Below, one piece after another: positions 35,613-45,833 of a stretch of DNA of 46,315 nucleotides. The stretch covers positions 1 to 46,315 of IMG/VR virus record IMGVR_UViG_3300048599_000807, one strand, 5' to 3'. A program made the translations under genes and the position numbers. The notes under the pieces were generated by a model. That model was not told the DNA's origin and made no database searches. It worked only from the letters and a program-made list of their open reading frames with translations. Each line of letters begins with the position of its first letter. The first letter of the stretch is position 1. This DNA is from a virus (lineage: Duplodnaviria; Caudoviricetes).

Positions 35613-35915
35613 ATGTCAGAAGTGCTGAAATTCGACGAACAGGCCGCCACCGCCCTCGTGAAGCTGGCGGGCCAGCCCCCGGCCCAGGCCCAGGCATATA
35701 TCCAGCGGATGACGCCGGCCGAGCGGCTGGCCGCCGCAAGTTGCCATGAGAACGGCGATCAGCTGCGGCTGAATGACCTGCTCGACCACGTGGCGACCCG
35801 CGAGCACCTCGAGGCCGACCTGACCGCCTACGAAGCCACGGCCGCCGCGGGTGAAACGCCGCAGCTCGCCGCCGGCGACAACCTGGCCGACACCGACCTG
35901 GAACCGACCGCCTGA
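35613..35915 (+). CDS. Hypothetical protein
   Basis: GGAG SD, 100 aa. Confidence 0.6.
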   Translation: MSEVLKFDEQAATALVKLAGQPPAQAQAYIQRMTPAERLAAASCHENGDQLRLNDLLDHVATREHLEADLTAYEATAAAGETPQLAAGDNLADTDLEPTA

Positions 35916-35956
35916 GCGAATGTAATCACGTCGGTTACATCGCACATTTTTCCTCG

Positions 35957-35991
35957 CCTCTAGTCCCCTGCACCTAGCCCCCAGTTCCCAC
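35957..35991 (+). repeat. Heptamer tandem repeat directly before a start codon
   Basis: CCTCTAG TCCCCTG CACCTAG CCCCCAG TTCCCAC. Confidence 0.65.
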
Positions 35992-35992
35992 C

Positions 35993-36823
35993 ATGCCTGG
36001 TTTTCTTTACTTCCTGCCCGGTCGCGAAACTGCTGCTCCCAAGCCAGAGCAGATCGACGAGGCCGGCTTGTCGTATGCGTTCGACTCGAAACCGCACTTA
36101 GCTGGCGTCCGCAAAGGGCCCGACGGCCATTCGGGGCACGTGCTGGGCGACAAGCGCCGTTGGGAACTTGGGCTGGTTAAGTTCTCGGACCAGTCGCAGC
36201 AGTGGCGAAAGCACCCGAGCGGCAAGTTTTACGTGGGCCGGTACACCACCGAGCGAACTCGGCCCGATGATCTGAAACGCAAATTACTGCTCGACGGCTA
36301 CTTTTGTGAGCTCGCCGACGGCAACGCGTGGCTGATTCCCAAAGGCCGCGAATACTACGTCGACGAGTCGGGTGGCGACGTGCAAGGCGGCTTTTTTCAC
36401 AAGCTGCCCCGCGTGGCCGACCTAGACGAGGAAGGCCGCTGGCAGATCCTCGATCGCCCCATGCCCCGCTATCAAACTCTGTGGGACCTCACCATTCAGT
36501 GGAACGAGGTACGCCGCGGCGATCCGGAGCCGGGCTGGACCGAGCGATGGCAGCAATACGATGAGCAGATGAACGGCGCGTGCCTCGCACTCGCTGCCAA
36601 CTACGCCGTCGGCCCCGTTGAAGTGGCCATGATGGGACTGCTGACTATCCAGCACGCGAAAGAGGTGCTCGACCTGGTGATCGACGATCCTGGGTTCGAA
36701 CGCTTCAAAAAAAAATGGCTGGCACATGCGGAACTGCAGATTGCAGCCAGCAGTGGCTCGACTTCACCCGTTGGGCTCGAGGCCGAGCCCGCGCCAATTA
36801 TCGCCCCACCATCACCGACCTAA
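35993..36823 (+). CDS. Putative tail assembly chaperone (gpG-like); -1 frameshift product would end at 36891
   Basis: Directly before the tape measure; A9 slippery run at 36707-36715. Confidence 0.65.
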   Translation: MPGFLYFLPGRETAAPKPEQIDEAGLSYAFDSKPHLAGVRKGPDGHSGHVLGDKRRWELGLVKFSDQSQQWRKHPSGKFYVGRYTTERTRPDDLKRKLLLDGYFCELADGNAWLIPKGREYYVDESGGDVQGGFFHKLPRVADLDEEGRWQILDRPMPRYQTLWDLTIQWNEVRRGDPEPGWTERWQQYDEQMNGACLALAANYAVGPVEVAMMGLLTIQHAKEVLDLVIDDPGFERFKKKWLAHAELQIAASSGSTSPVGLEAEPAPIIAPPSPT

Positions 36824-36900
36824 TCGCCCTTTCGCTCGGCCTCGCGGATCCGGACCCCGTCCAAGTTCACCAGCACGTTAAACCCTCGTAGAGCAGCCCG

Positions 36901-39102
36901 ATGAGCGGTATCGACTTCGAAGTGCGGATGAAGGACGCGGAATTCATCGCCCAGCTCCTGCGCGGGGCTGCCGCACAAGGGAAGCTCACCGAAAAGGTTT
37001 CGGGCACGGCCAAGGAAAGCCGCCGGGCGGAGCAGGAACTGGCCCGTTTTGCCGCCCAAACCCGCAAGATCGACGCCACGCCGTGGGAGCGTTACACGGA
37101 CCAACTTGGCAAGCTCAAGAAGGCACTCGAAGCGGGCAAGCTGCAGCAGTATGAGTACGAACGGGCCGTGAAACGGTTGCAGGCCGCGCAAAAGGAAGGG
37201 GACCCCGGCTATCAGCAGTTGCTGAAATCGATCGAGGCGAAGAAACGGGCCACCGAGGAAGAGAAGAAACTGGCTGCGGCCACCGAAGCCAGGTTGAAAG
37301 ACGAATGGCTCAAGCGGCTGCGGCAGAACACGGCCGAGCTCGAACGCCAAGAAGAGGCCATGGATCGCCTGGCCGAGAGCGTGCGCAAGGTCAATGCCAC
37401 GCCCCTGGAACGCTACAACCAGGAAGTGGAGAAGCTGAACAACCTGCGCGAGCGCGGCAAGCTGACCGAAGAGGAACACGCCCGCGCAATGGCGGCCGAA
37501 AAAGCAGCCCTCGACAAGGCGAACCCTGCCCTGCAGGAGCAAATTCGGGTCCGCAACGAGTGGCAAAAACAGTTGCGGCAGAACTCAGTCGAGCTCGAAC
37601 GCGAGGAAGAAAACCTCGAACGCATGGCCGACGCAATTCGTCAGGTCAATGCGACGCCACTCGAGCGTTACAACCAAGAAGTGGCGAAGCTCAACAACTT
37701 GCGGGCGCGAGGCAAACTGACGGCCGAGGATCACGCCCGGGCCATGGCGAAAGAAAAAGCCGCTTATCAGCAGGCAAATCTGGCGGCGGCAGAGGCCAAG
37801 AACAAAGGCATCGGAACGGCCATGGAGATTGCCGGCGCGTTCGGGATGGCCACTTCGGCCGCCAGCGCTGTCTCGCTGGCAATGAGCAAGATCAATGCGG
37901 CGTTCGAGCGTCAATCGGAACTTGTGAACAGAGCGAAAGAGGGCTTGTCAAAGCTGGTCGATCCACGCATTGCAATCAACCAGGTGTCAGCCACGCCGGA
38001 AGAGTATGAAGCGAGGATGAGCCGGATCCGCAAAGCCAGCGCAGCCGCGGGCATTGATGAGGCAACTGGCACGGAAATTTATAGCGACGCCATCGCGGCG
38101 GGTTCCGAGGATCAATACGAAAAGATCCTCATGGCTAGCCAAGGCGTGATGGGCCATCTCGATGCGGGAGTTGTCGCCACGAAAATGAAAGCCCTATTCG
38201 GCCTCTCGGTCGACGAGTCGCTGAGCATGATGGTCAAAGCCGCGTCTGGTAAAGATGGCGACGTTATCGAAAACGTCACCCAGATGACGGGAGGCTTGGC
38301 GAAAGCCGCGCTCGGTGCCAAAGAGGCTGGCTCATCGGCCGCCGAGGGTCTGGCCATTCAAAGCGTGTTCAGCGACATGATGGGCGGCAACTCGACACGG
38401 GCTGGCGACCTGATGGCCGAACTGGGCCTCAAGATGGGCCGCGACGAACGGACGGCCGGTAAGGGGCTGCTCGGCGGCGCGCTCCACATGAAGGCCACGT
38501 TTACCCCGGAAGAGTTGCACAAGTGGCTGGGAGAAGATCAAAGCAAGAACGAGGCCTTCAACAAACTGATCAGCGGGGAAGCCCTCATCCGCGAGCGCAC
38601 GGGGCTCAATGAAGCGGAACGCCTCAAAGCGCTGGCCGGCAACGGCATTTCGCAAACGAAACGGGCTCAGTACCTGGCGAACGCCGAAAACCGTGCGGAG
38701 CTCGACTCGCGCATTGCGAAAGAACAGGCCAACGCGGCGAACATGGACCGAAACGCCGTGTTCGGCGCCAACCAGGCGGCCGGCATGTCTCGTGCGGAAC
38801 AAGAGTCGTTGCAACGCGGCGACGGCATTCTGAGTCAGGGGGTCGGGTTTCAAGTCGCGCAAGGGGCGATGAAGCTGGGGGCCCCTGGCTGGGCCCTGCC
38901 AATGATTCATCAGTCTGCCGGCGCTGGCGCAGAGACCTCGATCTTCAAGATGATGCTGGGGCCGTTTTCGAACGCCGGCACGGACCTGGCCCTAGCCGCC
39001 CGCGAACTCCGGGGCGCGGCCGGCGACCTGAAAAGGCAGCAGCAAAGTAACCTGCACGCCGCGGCGAACGCCGACGCCAAACGCCCGTTGAACAGCGAAT
39101 AA
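36901..39102 (+). CDS. Tail tape measure protein
   Basis: 733 aa, helical, Ala/Glu/Lys-rich, with repeated TP(L/W)ERY units. Confidence 0.8.
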   Translation: MSGIDFEVRMKDAEFIAQLLRGAAAQGKLTEKVSGTAKESRRAEQELARFAAQTRKIDATPWERYTDQLGKLKKALEAGKLQQYEYERAVKRLQAAQKEGDPGYQQLLKSIEAKKRATEEEKKLAAATEARLKDEWLKRLRQNTAELERQEEAMDRLAESVRKVNATPLERYNQEVEKLNNLRERGKLTEEEHARAMAAEKAALDKANPALQEQIRVRNEWQKQLRQNSVELEREEENLERMADAIRQVNATPLERYNQEVAKLNNLRARGKLTAEDHARAMAKEKAAYQQANLAAAEAKNKGIGTAMEIAGAFGMATSAASAVSLAMSKINAAFERQSELVNRAKEGLSKLVDPRIAINQVSATPEEYEARMSRIRKASAAAGIDEATGTEIYSDAIAAGSEDQYEKILMASQGVMGHLDAGVVATKMKALFGLSVDESLSMMVKAASGKDGDVIENVTQMTGGLAKAALGAKEAGSSAAEGLAIQSVFSDMMGGNSTRAGDLMAELGLKMGRDERTAGKGLLGGALHMKATFTPEELHKWLGEDQSKNEAFNKLISGEALIRERTGLNEAERLKALAGNGISQTKRAQYLANAENRAELDSRIAKEQANAANMDRNAVFGANQAAGMSRAEQESLQRGDGILSQGVGFQVAQGAMKLGAPGWALPMIHQSAGAGAETSIFKMMLGPFSNAGTDLALAARELRGAAGDLKRQQQSNLHAAANADAKRPLNSE

Positions 39103-39118
39103 AGGAGCGGGCCCCACC

Positions 39119-39520
39119 ATGGCAGACAGCATCGGCGATTTTGAAATGATCCGGCTGAGCGGCAAACCGACTCGGCCGCAGCAGCAGCTCGAGGTGGACT
39201 ATCGCCCCGGCAACAACGGCGCGGCGGCCTGGGACGTCGGCCACTGGGCCGAGCCGTTCGAACTGACCAGCCTGGCGTTTGCCCCCACGTTCCAGCAGGC
39301 CTGCGAGCTCTACGCGCAGTATTGCCTTTTCAAGGGGCAGGCCCTGCCGATCGTCTACGGCAACCATCAGGAGCCGAACTGCGTGTATCTGCTGCTCGAC
39401 GTGCAGCCGGTCAACTGCAAGGCGCAGATTCTGGGCACGATCCCAGGCGACAACACCAACTATCAGGGCTCGCTGGAATGCCGCTGGCGATTCCTCCCGA
39501 TTAACGAACTCATCCCCTAA
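39119..39520 (+). CDS. Putative distal tail protein
   Basis: AAAGGAG SD; follows the tape measure. Confidence 0.55.
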   Translation: MADSIGDFEMIRLSGKPTRPQQQLEVDYRPGNNGAAAWDVGHWAEPFELTSLAFAPTFQQACELYAQYCLFKGQALPIVYGNHQEPNCVYLLLDVQPVNCKAQILGTIPGDNTNYQGSLECRWRFLPINELIP

Positions 39521-39534
39521 CGGAACCAACCACC

Positions 39535-40035
39535 ATGCGCGCCGCCATCAAAGGCCAGCTCAGTATCTTCGCCGAGGGATCCGGCGATTTCGTCAACTCC
39601 ACCCAGCGCGTCGTGCTCATCGACGGGCTGAACAAATCGGCCACGCTGAACGACGTGAGCGGTACGCCGTTGCTGGAAGGGGAGCCCGTCGACCTGAGCC
39701 ACACACTGGCCAGTGCCGACGACGAGCTCGACCTGACGGCCGCCCCCGTGGCTCACCGGCCCGGTGCGACGGTCGACCTGACCGGCAAGCGGCTGATTGC
39801 CATGCAACTGTTCGCGCCGGCCGACAACGCCGGCACGATCACGCTCAAAGAGGCCGCCGCCGACGGCTACCCCATCGGCGATGGCATCGACCTGGAACCG
39901 GGCGAAGTAATCACCATCGGCCAGGTGTCGAAAGTCTCGACCCGCGCCACGGTGGCCAGCACCCGCCGCTATCTCACGATCGCCGGCACGAGCGCCGACG
40001 AACTGCAAATTCTCGCCGTCTGGGGCGACTCCTAA
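39535..40035 (+). CDS. Hypothetical tail-region protein
   Basis: 166 aa, typical codon use. Confidence 0.65.
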   Translation: MRAAIKGQLSIFAEGSGDFVNSTQRVVLIDGLNKSATLNDVSGTPLLEGEPVDLSHTLASADDELDLTAAPVAHRPGATVDLTGKRLIAMQLFAPADNAGTITLKEAAADGYPIGDGIDLEPGEVITIGQVSKVSTRATVASTRRYLTIAGTSADELQILAVWGDS

Positions 40036-40097
40036 GCGTATTTCCCTGGCCCGCGTTTCCCAGGCACATCGCCCCGCAACCCTAACCCCTTCCCCCC

Positions 40098-42350
40098 ATG
40101 CCCGTCGCCGTCGTTCGCTTCCCTACCGCTCCGACGCCCGCCACCGTGGTGACCCAGGTCAAACCGGTGGCCAAGGTTTATTTGCGGTCGACCTGGTCGG
40201 CCGCCTGGGAATTCGTGCCGTACCTGTACTGCGACGAGGCCACCTGGTCGGTGGCGCCTGCCATCAGTTCGGCCAAGCTCCATTGGCGGTTCGGCTACGG
40301 GGTGCAGCACGACAAAACCCAGCTTGCCTGGTATCAGCGGTTCAGCGGCAAATCGCGGTGGTGGGTCAAAATCGTGTACGAAACCCGCGACACGGTGAAC
40401 CCGATCACCCGCGATTTCGTGCCCCAAGAGGATCCGCTGGTTTGGTACGGGTCGATCGAGCAGGACGGGACCGACAACCAGGCCGTGCGCCGCGACCTGG
40501 ACGCCGGCGGCAACCCACGCAACCGGGAATCGGGCACGCAAGGCATCCTCTGCTATGGCTTCGAACACGTGCTCAATCGCTGCCCCATCGATCGAGCCTA
40601 CTGGCACGACACCGACGGGACCTTGCGCGAGGCGCGGCGCACGATGGTTTTCAACGCGCCCGACGTCGAGGGGAGGGCGCTCGGCAATATGTCGATCCTG
40701 TACTATCCGCAGTACGGGTTCGACAACCAGCCGCGGAGCGCCGCCCCCCAGCACTGGGGCTCGCGCGAGGCTTGCCAATACCTGTGCGATTACTTCGCCC
40801 CCCAGGATCCGCTGGGGGACGTCGCCATTCCCATCGTGCTCGACGATCCGCTCGTGCTCCCCACGGAAGATAAGCCGGTGCTCGACCCGGCCGGCATGTC
40901 GCTCTATGAATGCCTCTGTCACTTCATCGCCCGCAGCCGGCTCCTGAATTTCTATGTCGACGTCGAGTCACCGGGGGGCGGTGCGCTCGACCGGATCGTG
41001 ATCAAGCCCTATTCGCTGCTCGAGCAGCCCTTTGAGGCCGGCGACCTGGAAATTCCCGCCAACCCCAACCAGGTGCAACTGCACTACGATCTGGACGTCG
41101 ACGTCCGCAGCAGCGTGAAAGAGTCGACCCTGGAAGCCATCGACCAACTGGTGTTGCGGGGCGCTCGCCGCACGAGCACGTGCAGCCTGGCCAAGGCCGA
41201 CAGCACGTGGGATCGCGGCTGGAACGTCGCGACCACCGAACCCGACCAGGCCGATTACAACGCGGGCGGCAGCGGGGAAGGTTCCTATGCGGGGCTCGAC
41301 ACCGACAAGCAACAGCGGCTCAACAGCGAAGTGCGGGCCAGCGATCGCCTGCACGACGTCTATCGCTGGTTCGTGCACAACGGGCTGACCTGGGACCAGC
41401 GGGCCGGCAATGGCGAGGGGGGGACCAAGTATCCGATTTTTCCCGGCGATGGCGACCTGACGGCCGTCTATCCCGTCAATCCCCGCGAACTGTTCGTGCT
41501 CCCCTGCCTGATGCTGCAGGAGGGTAAGAACTACGAGGACCTGGGGAGTTACACCGATCCCACGCCGCCGGTGCTCGAAAGCGAAAACGCCCGCAACCGC
41601 CAGCCCCCGCTCGTGTTTTTGAAGGTCCCCGCGGCCTCGTCCGAAGATCGCTACTGGGTCGAGGGCTCCAAGCTGGCCGACTGCGCCTATCTCGAGGAGC
41701 GCGACGACAAGGACAACCGGCAGTTCTCGCTACGGGTCGACGTGCCGAATCAGGCCTATGGGCTGTACCTGCACGTGATCGGCCAGCCGCAGCACGTGAT
41801 CGCCAAAACCGATTTCGTGGCCCTGCCGGTCGACCAGGTGGTCGGGGATTTCGACTGGCGCGAGGCAATCGTCACCGTCAGTTTTGAGGACGATCGGCAC
41901 TGCGAAGGGGTTTGGCCCCCGGATAGTCTGCTGTTTCTGCGGCAAGTCGACCATATCCGCCGTCAGGTGCTCTATGCCGGCGACCAGTACCGGCAGGACT
42001 GGCTTGTGCCCGGGACCGTGCTGCGGGTGAACCCGCTGAATGGCCAGCTCGTGCGGAGCAGCAGCGGCGGCTGGATTGCGAACGACACCGACAAGCTGGT
42101 CGAGCGGGCCCAGCAACTGTTTGCCTACTTCGGGCGGACCCGCCGCAGCCTGTCATTCAGCACGGGGCGGCTGACCACGGCCGTGCGGCGCGGCGACCTG
42201 GTGACCGAGGTGGGGGACCTGCCGACGAGCCGGCAACTGATTGGCAGCGTGGTATCGCAACTCACGGTCACCAGCCCGGCCGGGACGAACGCCGTGCCCC
42301 GAATGGAAGTGCAAACGACGTTTCTCGAACTGGATTCCGTGCAGCTATGA
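40098..42350 (+). CDS. Putative tail hub/tip protein
   Basis: 750 aa; position; C-terminal RRGDLV...VVSQLTV typical of hub proteins. Confidence 0.6.
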   Translation: MPVAVVRFPTAPTPATVVTQVKPVAKVYLRSTWSAAWEFVPYLYCDEATWSVAPAISSAKLHWRFGYGVQHDKTQLAWYQRFSGKSRWWVKIVYETRDTVNPITRDFVPQEDPLVWYGSIEQDGTDNQAVRRDLDAGGNPRNRESGTQGILCYGFEHVLNRCPIDRAYWHDTDGTLREARRTMVFNAPDVEGRALGNMSILYYPQYGFDNQPRSAAPQHWGSREACQYLCDYFAPQDPLGDVAIPIVLDDPLVLPTEDKPVLDPAGMSLYECLCHFIARSRLLNFYVDVESPGGGALDRIVIKPYSLLEQPFEAGDLEIPANPNQVQLHYDLDVDVRSSVKESTLEAIDQLVLRGARRTSTCSLAKADSTWDRGWNVATTEPDQADYNAGGSGEGSYAGLDTDKQQRLNSEVRASDRLHDVYRWFVHNGLTWDQRAGNGEGGTKYPIFPGDGDLTAVYPVNPRELFVLPCLMLQEGKNYEDLGSYTDPTPPVLESENARNRQPPLVFLKVPAASSEDRYWVEGSKLADCAYLEERDDKDNRQFSLRVDVPNQAYGLYLHVIGQPQHVIAKTDFVALPVDQVVGDFDWREAIVTVSFEDDRHCEGVWPPDSLLFLRQVDHIRRQVLYAGDQYRQDWLVPGTVLRVNPLNGQLVRSSSGGWIANDTDKLVERAQQLFAYFGRTRRSLSFSTGRLTTAVRRGDLVTEVGDLPTSRQLIGSVVSQLTVTSPAGTNAVPRMEVQTTFLELDSVQL

Positions 42351-43024
42351 GCCAGTACGGCCGCAACAAACCGCTGAGCGCGTGGCAGATCGATCAGGAG
42401 CGAAAGCTCGATCGTGTGTTCCGCGAGCTCGACCAACTGCGCCGGGCCCGCGAAGCCCAGCAGGACAAGTATTATCAGGTCCGCTGGGCGATGACCCACG
42501 AAAACGAGGAAACCAACTATCCCGACGCCGACGCGAACACGTTCCCGATTCGCTTTCTCGATGCGCACTTCACGAATGCCCAGGGGAACCAGACGTTTTC
42601 GAACGATCCCCGGCAGGCGGAGGCCGTGACGTTTGCCCACGCGCAAACCGGCCAATACATTCCCGTGGGGCTGCCGATTCCCGTGTTTCAGCGGCGGGGC
42701 CTGGGTGGCGCCGGGGCCGGGCAGTGGTGGTTCATGGATCCGCCCCTGTTCTATGCGGCCAAGCTCACGGCCGAGCTCGCGTCGGGCAGCGTGGCCGATG
42801 CCGAGTTGCACATTCTGAGCGGTGGCGGCGAGATTGTGCGGACCAGCCCGGTGGTGACCCTGAGCGTGCGCCACCTGCTCAAAAGCGACCCGCTGCCGGC
42901 ATACACGCAACTGATCATCGGCCGGTTTTTCCAGGTCTATTCCCACTGGGGCATTGTGGCCGCCGCCTGCGAGCCCGACGCCGGGGCTGAGACGTGGGAA
43001 ACCGGGGCCGAGGAAGAGGAATAG
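42347..43024 (+). CDS. Hypothetical tail protein
   Basis: ATGA overlap; N-terminal coiled coil. Confidence 0.65.
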   Translation: MSQYGRNKPLSAWQIDQERKLDRVFRELDQLRRAREAQQDKYYQVRWAMTHENEETNYPDADANTFPIRFLDAHFTNAQGNQTFSNDPRQAEAVTFAHAQTGQYIPVGLPIPVFQRRGLGGAGAGQWWFMDPPLFYAAKLTAELASGSVADAELHILSGGGEIVRTSPVVTLSVRHLLKSDPLPAYTQLIIGRFFQVYSHWGIVAAACEPDAGAETWETGAEEEE

Positions 43025-43028
43025 CACC

Positions 43029-45833
43029 ATGGCCATGAGCCGCCTGGGGCCGGGCTGCTGCTGCCCCGCTTGCGTGATTTATGGCGACGCCTTTGGCAGC
43101 GACTCGCTGGCGAGTAGCTGGGAGGAAATCGCCGGCGATTGGTCGATTGCCGCCGGCGTGCTGTCGATCGAGGACGCCGCCGCGGCCCTGATGGCCGATG
43201 CCGTGCACCCCGACGGGGCCGGGGCTCCGCACGTCGTGCGCGTCAAAATCCGGTTCAGCGCGGCCAGCGACCGGGCCCGGGTGGTGCTGGCCTACACCGA
43301 CGCGAGCAACTACCTGTTCGCGGAACTCTGGACGAGCAGCGGCGGCTGCCCTCACCTGCGACTGTGGGAACGCGTGGGAGGCAGCGACAACGCCGTGACG
43401 GCCGAACTGACGCCGGCCGTCGACATGCCACTGGACGCCTGGCACACGCTCACCCTCTGCTTTCTGCCGGGGGAATCGATGATTGACCCCGTGCAGTTCG
43501 GGACGATCCTGCTAACCAGCACCGGCCACACGGTCTATGCCAGTGGCGAGTCGAACCCCTCGTCGCCCGGCGACCGGGCCGGCGTGGCCACCGGCGCCAC
43601 GGTCGACGGCACGATCGATTTCGACGACTTTCAGTTTTTGCACCACAAGGGCGAGGCGACCAACACGAACTGCCCCGAATGCCAGCAGCCAAGCAACGAT
43701 TGCCTGCTCCATTCCGATGGGTTTGGACGGGCCGACAGTGACGATCTGGGCTGCGGCTGGGAGGAAGTCGAGGGAGACGCCGACATTGCCACGGGTCGGC
43801 TGGTCACCAGTTCGGCCGGGGCGGTGATTCGCAACCGCACGCGCCACCCCGATGATTCGGCCAAGGTGCAAATCGTCGTCACGTTCGAAGCGGCCAGCGG
43901 CGCGATCCCGATCGTCATTCTCGATTATGAGGACGATGACAACTTTTTCTTTGTGCAGCTTGAACCAGGTTCGCACGGCGACTGCGGCCGGCTGTCGTTC
44001 TGGCGGCGCACGGCCGGCACGGATGCGATGCTCGGCACGGACAGCGTGATTGCCGGCATGTCGGCCGGGGCCGAACACACGATCACCGTCTGCTGGCTGG
44101 GCAACCTGATTCACGCGAGCGTCACGGTGGCCGCCGGCGGCGACTATGCCGGAGGCTCCCATAGCGTCAACGGCGAGGCCCAGGCCGCGGCCGAACCGTA
44201 CACGGGCCTGGGGACGTCGGCCGGCAGCAGCGGGGCCGTGGCGTTCGATAACTGGGCGCTGCGCCGCACGCGCGACGACGATCATCCTGAATGCCCCGAC
44301 TGCGGCCAAGCGAACTGCACACTCTATTGCGGCGATCCCCGCGAGTCGATGATCGGCGAGACGCCGGCACTCCCGCTCAACTGCCTGTGGAACAACGTCG
44401 CCGGCGACTGGGACATTGAAGCCAGCCCCGACGTAGTGTTTGTCTCCGCTTGCGGCACGCTCGAACCGCTGGTGGTGTCGACCAGCGACGCGATCCTGAT
44501 CAACGAAACGGGCCACCCCGGGCTGACAGCCGAGGGCCACCTCGATCTGACGAGCGCCGCCGCGGTCGACGTGTCGACGACTTTCTATGGCAACACGGCC
44601 CGCGTCCTGATCGGCGTGCTCGATGACGAAAACTACCTGTTTGCCGAGTGGAAGTGGGCCGACGCGGAAGATGAGGCCGGCACGCTCAGCATCGGCAAGG
44701 TGGTGGCCGGCGCGGAGACGATCATCGCGACCGACGATAGCGACCTGGGGGATGCCGAGCCGCAAGTGGCGGGGTTTGATCCTGGCTTCGTGGACTACCC
44801 CAGCGAGTTGCGCGTCTGTTATGACGGGTACGAACTCAAGGCCAGCTTTCTGAACCGGTCGGCCCAGTCGTTCGATGCCAAGCGGGTCTATGTGGCCGGC
44901 GTGGCGGGCACGGGCTGGAACCCTGGCAAATCGGGACTCGGCACCGGCGCGGCCACGGGCGAGGTTTACTTCGCCAACTTCCGCTTTTACCACGACATTT
45001 TCGGCGGCAACTCGACCTGCATTCCCTGTTCGTTTGCCCCGAACTGCAGTTTTTGCATTCACTCGATCGACGACGAATGCTTTGATCGCACGCCCCCGAT
45101 CATGCTGGTGAAACTCACGGGAGTGACGCCCAGCGACGGCCTCCAAGATTCGGTCGCGTCCGGCGGTAGCGGGTCCCTCGACGATCAGGTTCCCTGCTGG
45201 GAAGCCGGGCAGTTCAACGATACGTTCGCGCTGCCGTATCTTGACGAAAACACATTCACCGATCTGTGCATCTGGGAAAGCAAAACCGGCTTCTGCTGGG
45301 GACGCCCCGACACGTTCAACGGTGGCGTGGATCGCCGGGGCGCGGTCCGCTTCACCCTGCAAAAGGTGCAGAACCCCAGCGGCCCGGCCTATGCCGACGC
45401 GCGGATGAAAGTAACCATCTGGGGCTGGGGAGACACGCCCAATCCCGATCTTGGCTCTGGTCCCACCACGGCGCCTTACGGCCGCTATGGCGAAATGACC
45501 ACGGGCGAGGGCCACCGCGACGCCGCGGGCTACTGGGACGAGTATTTCGGCCGGTGGACGCTGATCAACGCCACCGGCACGCCACTCCGGGCCGTCGATT
45601 CGGAGTTTATATTCGATGTCGACTGCCTGGCCGCGCCCCCGACCACGGCCAGCGCGGCAGTGGTCGATTGCCTGGGCTGGCTGGCTGAGGACTGGTATTA
45701 CCTGGGGGCCATCGTCCCCACCGGCTCGCCGCCGTCCACGCTGAACCCAATGAGCGCGAAATATACGGTGGTGGGTGGCATCATCCCCCACAACCTCTAT
45801 CACTCGACTTGCTACGTGAAGGCCCTGGTATGA
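43029..45833 (+). CDS. Putative receptor-binding/tail protein with N-terminal CCC motif and three beta-sandwich repeats joined by CxxC linkers
   Basis: GCCCPAC; repeated W.E..GD.(S/D)I, NY(L/F)F(A/V)(E/Q), G(V/L)(A/G)T and F(D/A)(D/N)(F/W) blocks; GAGGAA SD. Confidence 0.65.
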   Translation: MAMSRLGPGCCCPACVIYGDAFGSDSLASSWEEIAGDWSIAAGVLSIEDAAAALMADAVHPDGAGAPHVVRVKIRFSAASDRARVVLAYTDASNYLFAELWTSSGGCPHLRLWERVGGSDNAVTAELTPAVDMPLDAWHTLTLCFLPGESMIDPVQFGTILLTSTGHTVYASGESNPSSPGDRAGVATGATVDGTIDFDDFQFLHHKGEATNTNCPECQQPSNDCLLHSDGFGRADSDDLGCGWEEVEGDADIATGRLVTSSAGAVIRNRTRHPDDSAKVQIVVTFEAASGAIPIVILDYEDDDNFFFVQLEPGSHGDCGRLSFWRRTAGTDAMLGTDSVIAGMSAGAEHTITVCWLGNLIHASVTVAAGGDYAGGSHSVNGEAQAAAEPYTGLGTSAGSSGAVAFDNWALRRTRDDDHPECPDCGQANCTLYCGDPRESMIGETPALPLNCLWNNVAGDWDIEASPDVVFVSACGTLEPLVVSTSDAILINETGHPGLTAEGHLDLTSAAAVDVSTTFYGNTARVLIGVLDDENYLFAEWKWADAEDEAGTLSIGKVVAGAETIIATDDSDLGDAEPQVAGFDPGFVDYPSELRVCYDGYELKASFLNRSAQSFDAKRVYVAGVAGTGWNPGKSGLGTGAATGEVYFANFRFYHDIFGGNSTCIPCSFAPNCSFCIHSIDDECFDRTPPIMLVKLTGVTPSDGLQDSVASGGSGSLDDQVPCWEAGQFNDTFALPYLDENTFTDLCIWESKTGFCWGRPDTFNGGVDRRGAVRFTLQKVQNPSGPAYADARMKVTIWGWGDTPNPDLGSGPTTAPYGRYGEMTTGEGHRDAAGYWDEYFGRWTLINATGTPLRAVDSEFIFDVDCLAAPPTTASAAVVDCLGWLAEDWYYLGAIVPTGSPPSTLNPMSAKYTVVGGIIPHNLYHSTCYVKALV

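Noticed and set aside
37300-37770. Long direct repeat in the tape measure gene as a separate element
   Set aside because: In-frame duplication of helical units, ordinary for tape measure proteins
43512-45803. 763-aa minus-strand ORF (and other long antisense ORFs such as 17540-18850, 15051-16322, 22979-24166)
   Set aside because: Antisense shadows of well-supported + strand genes
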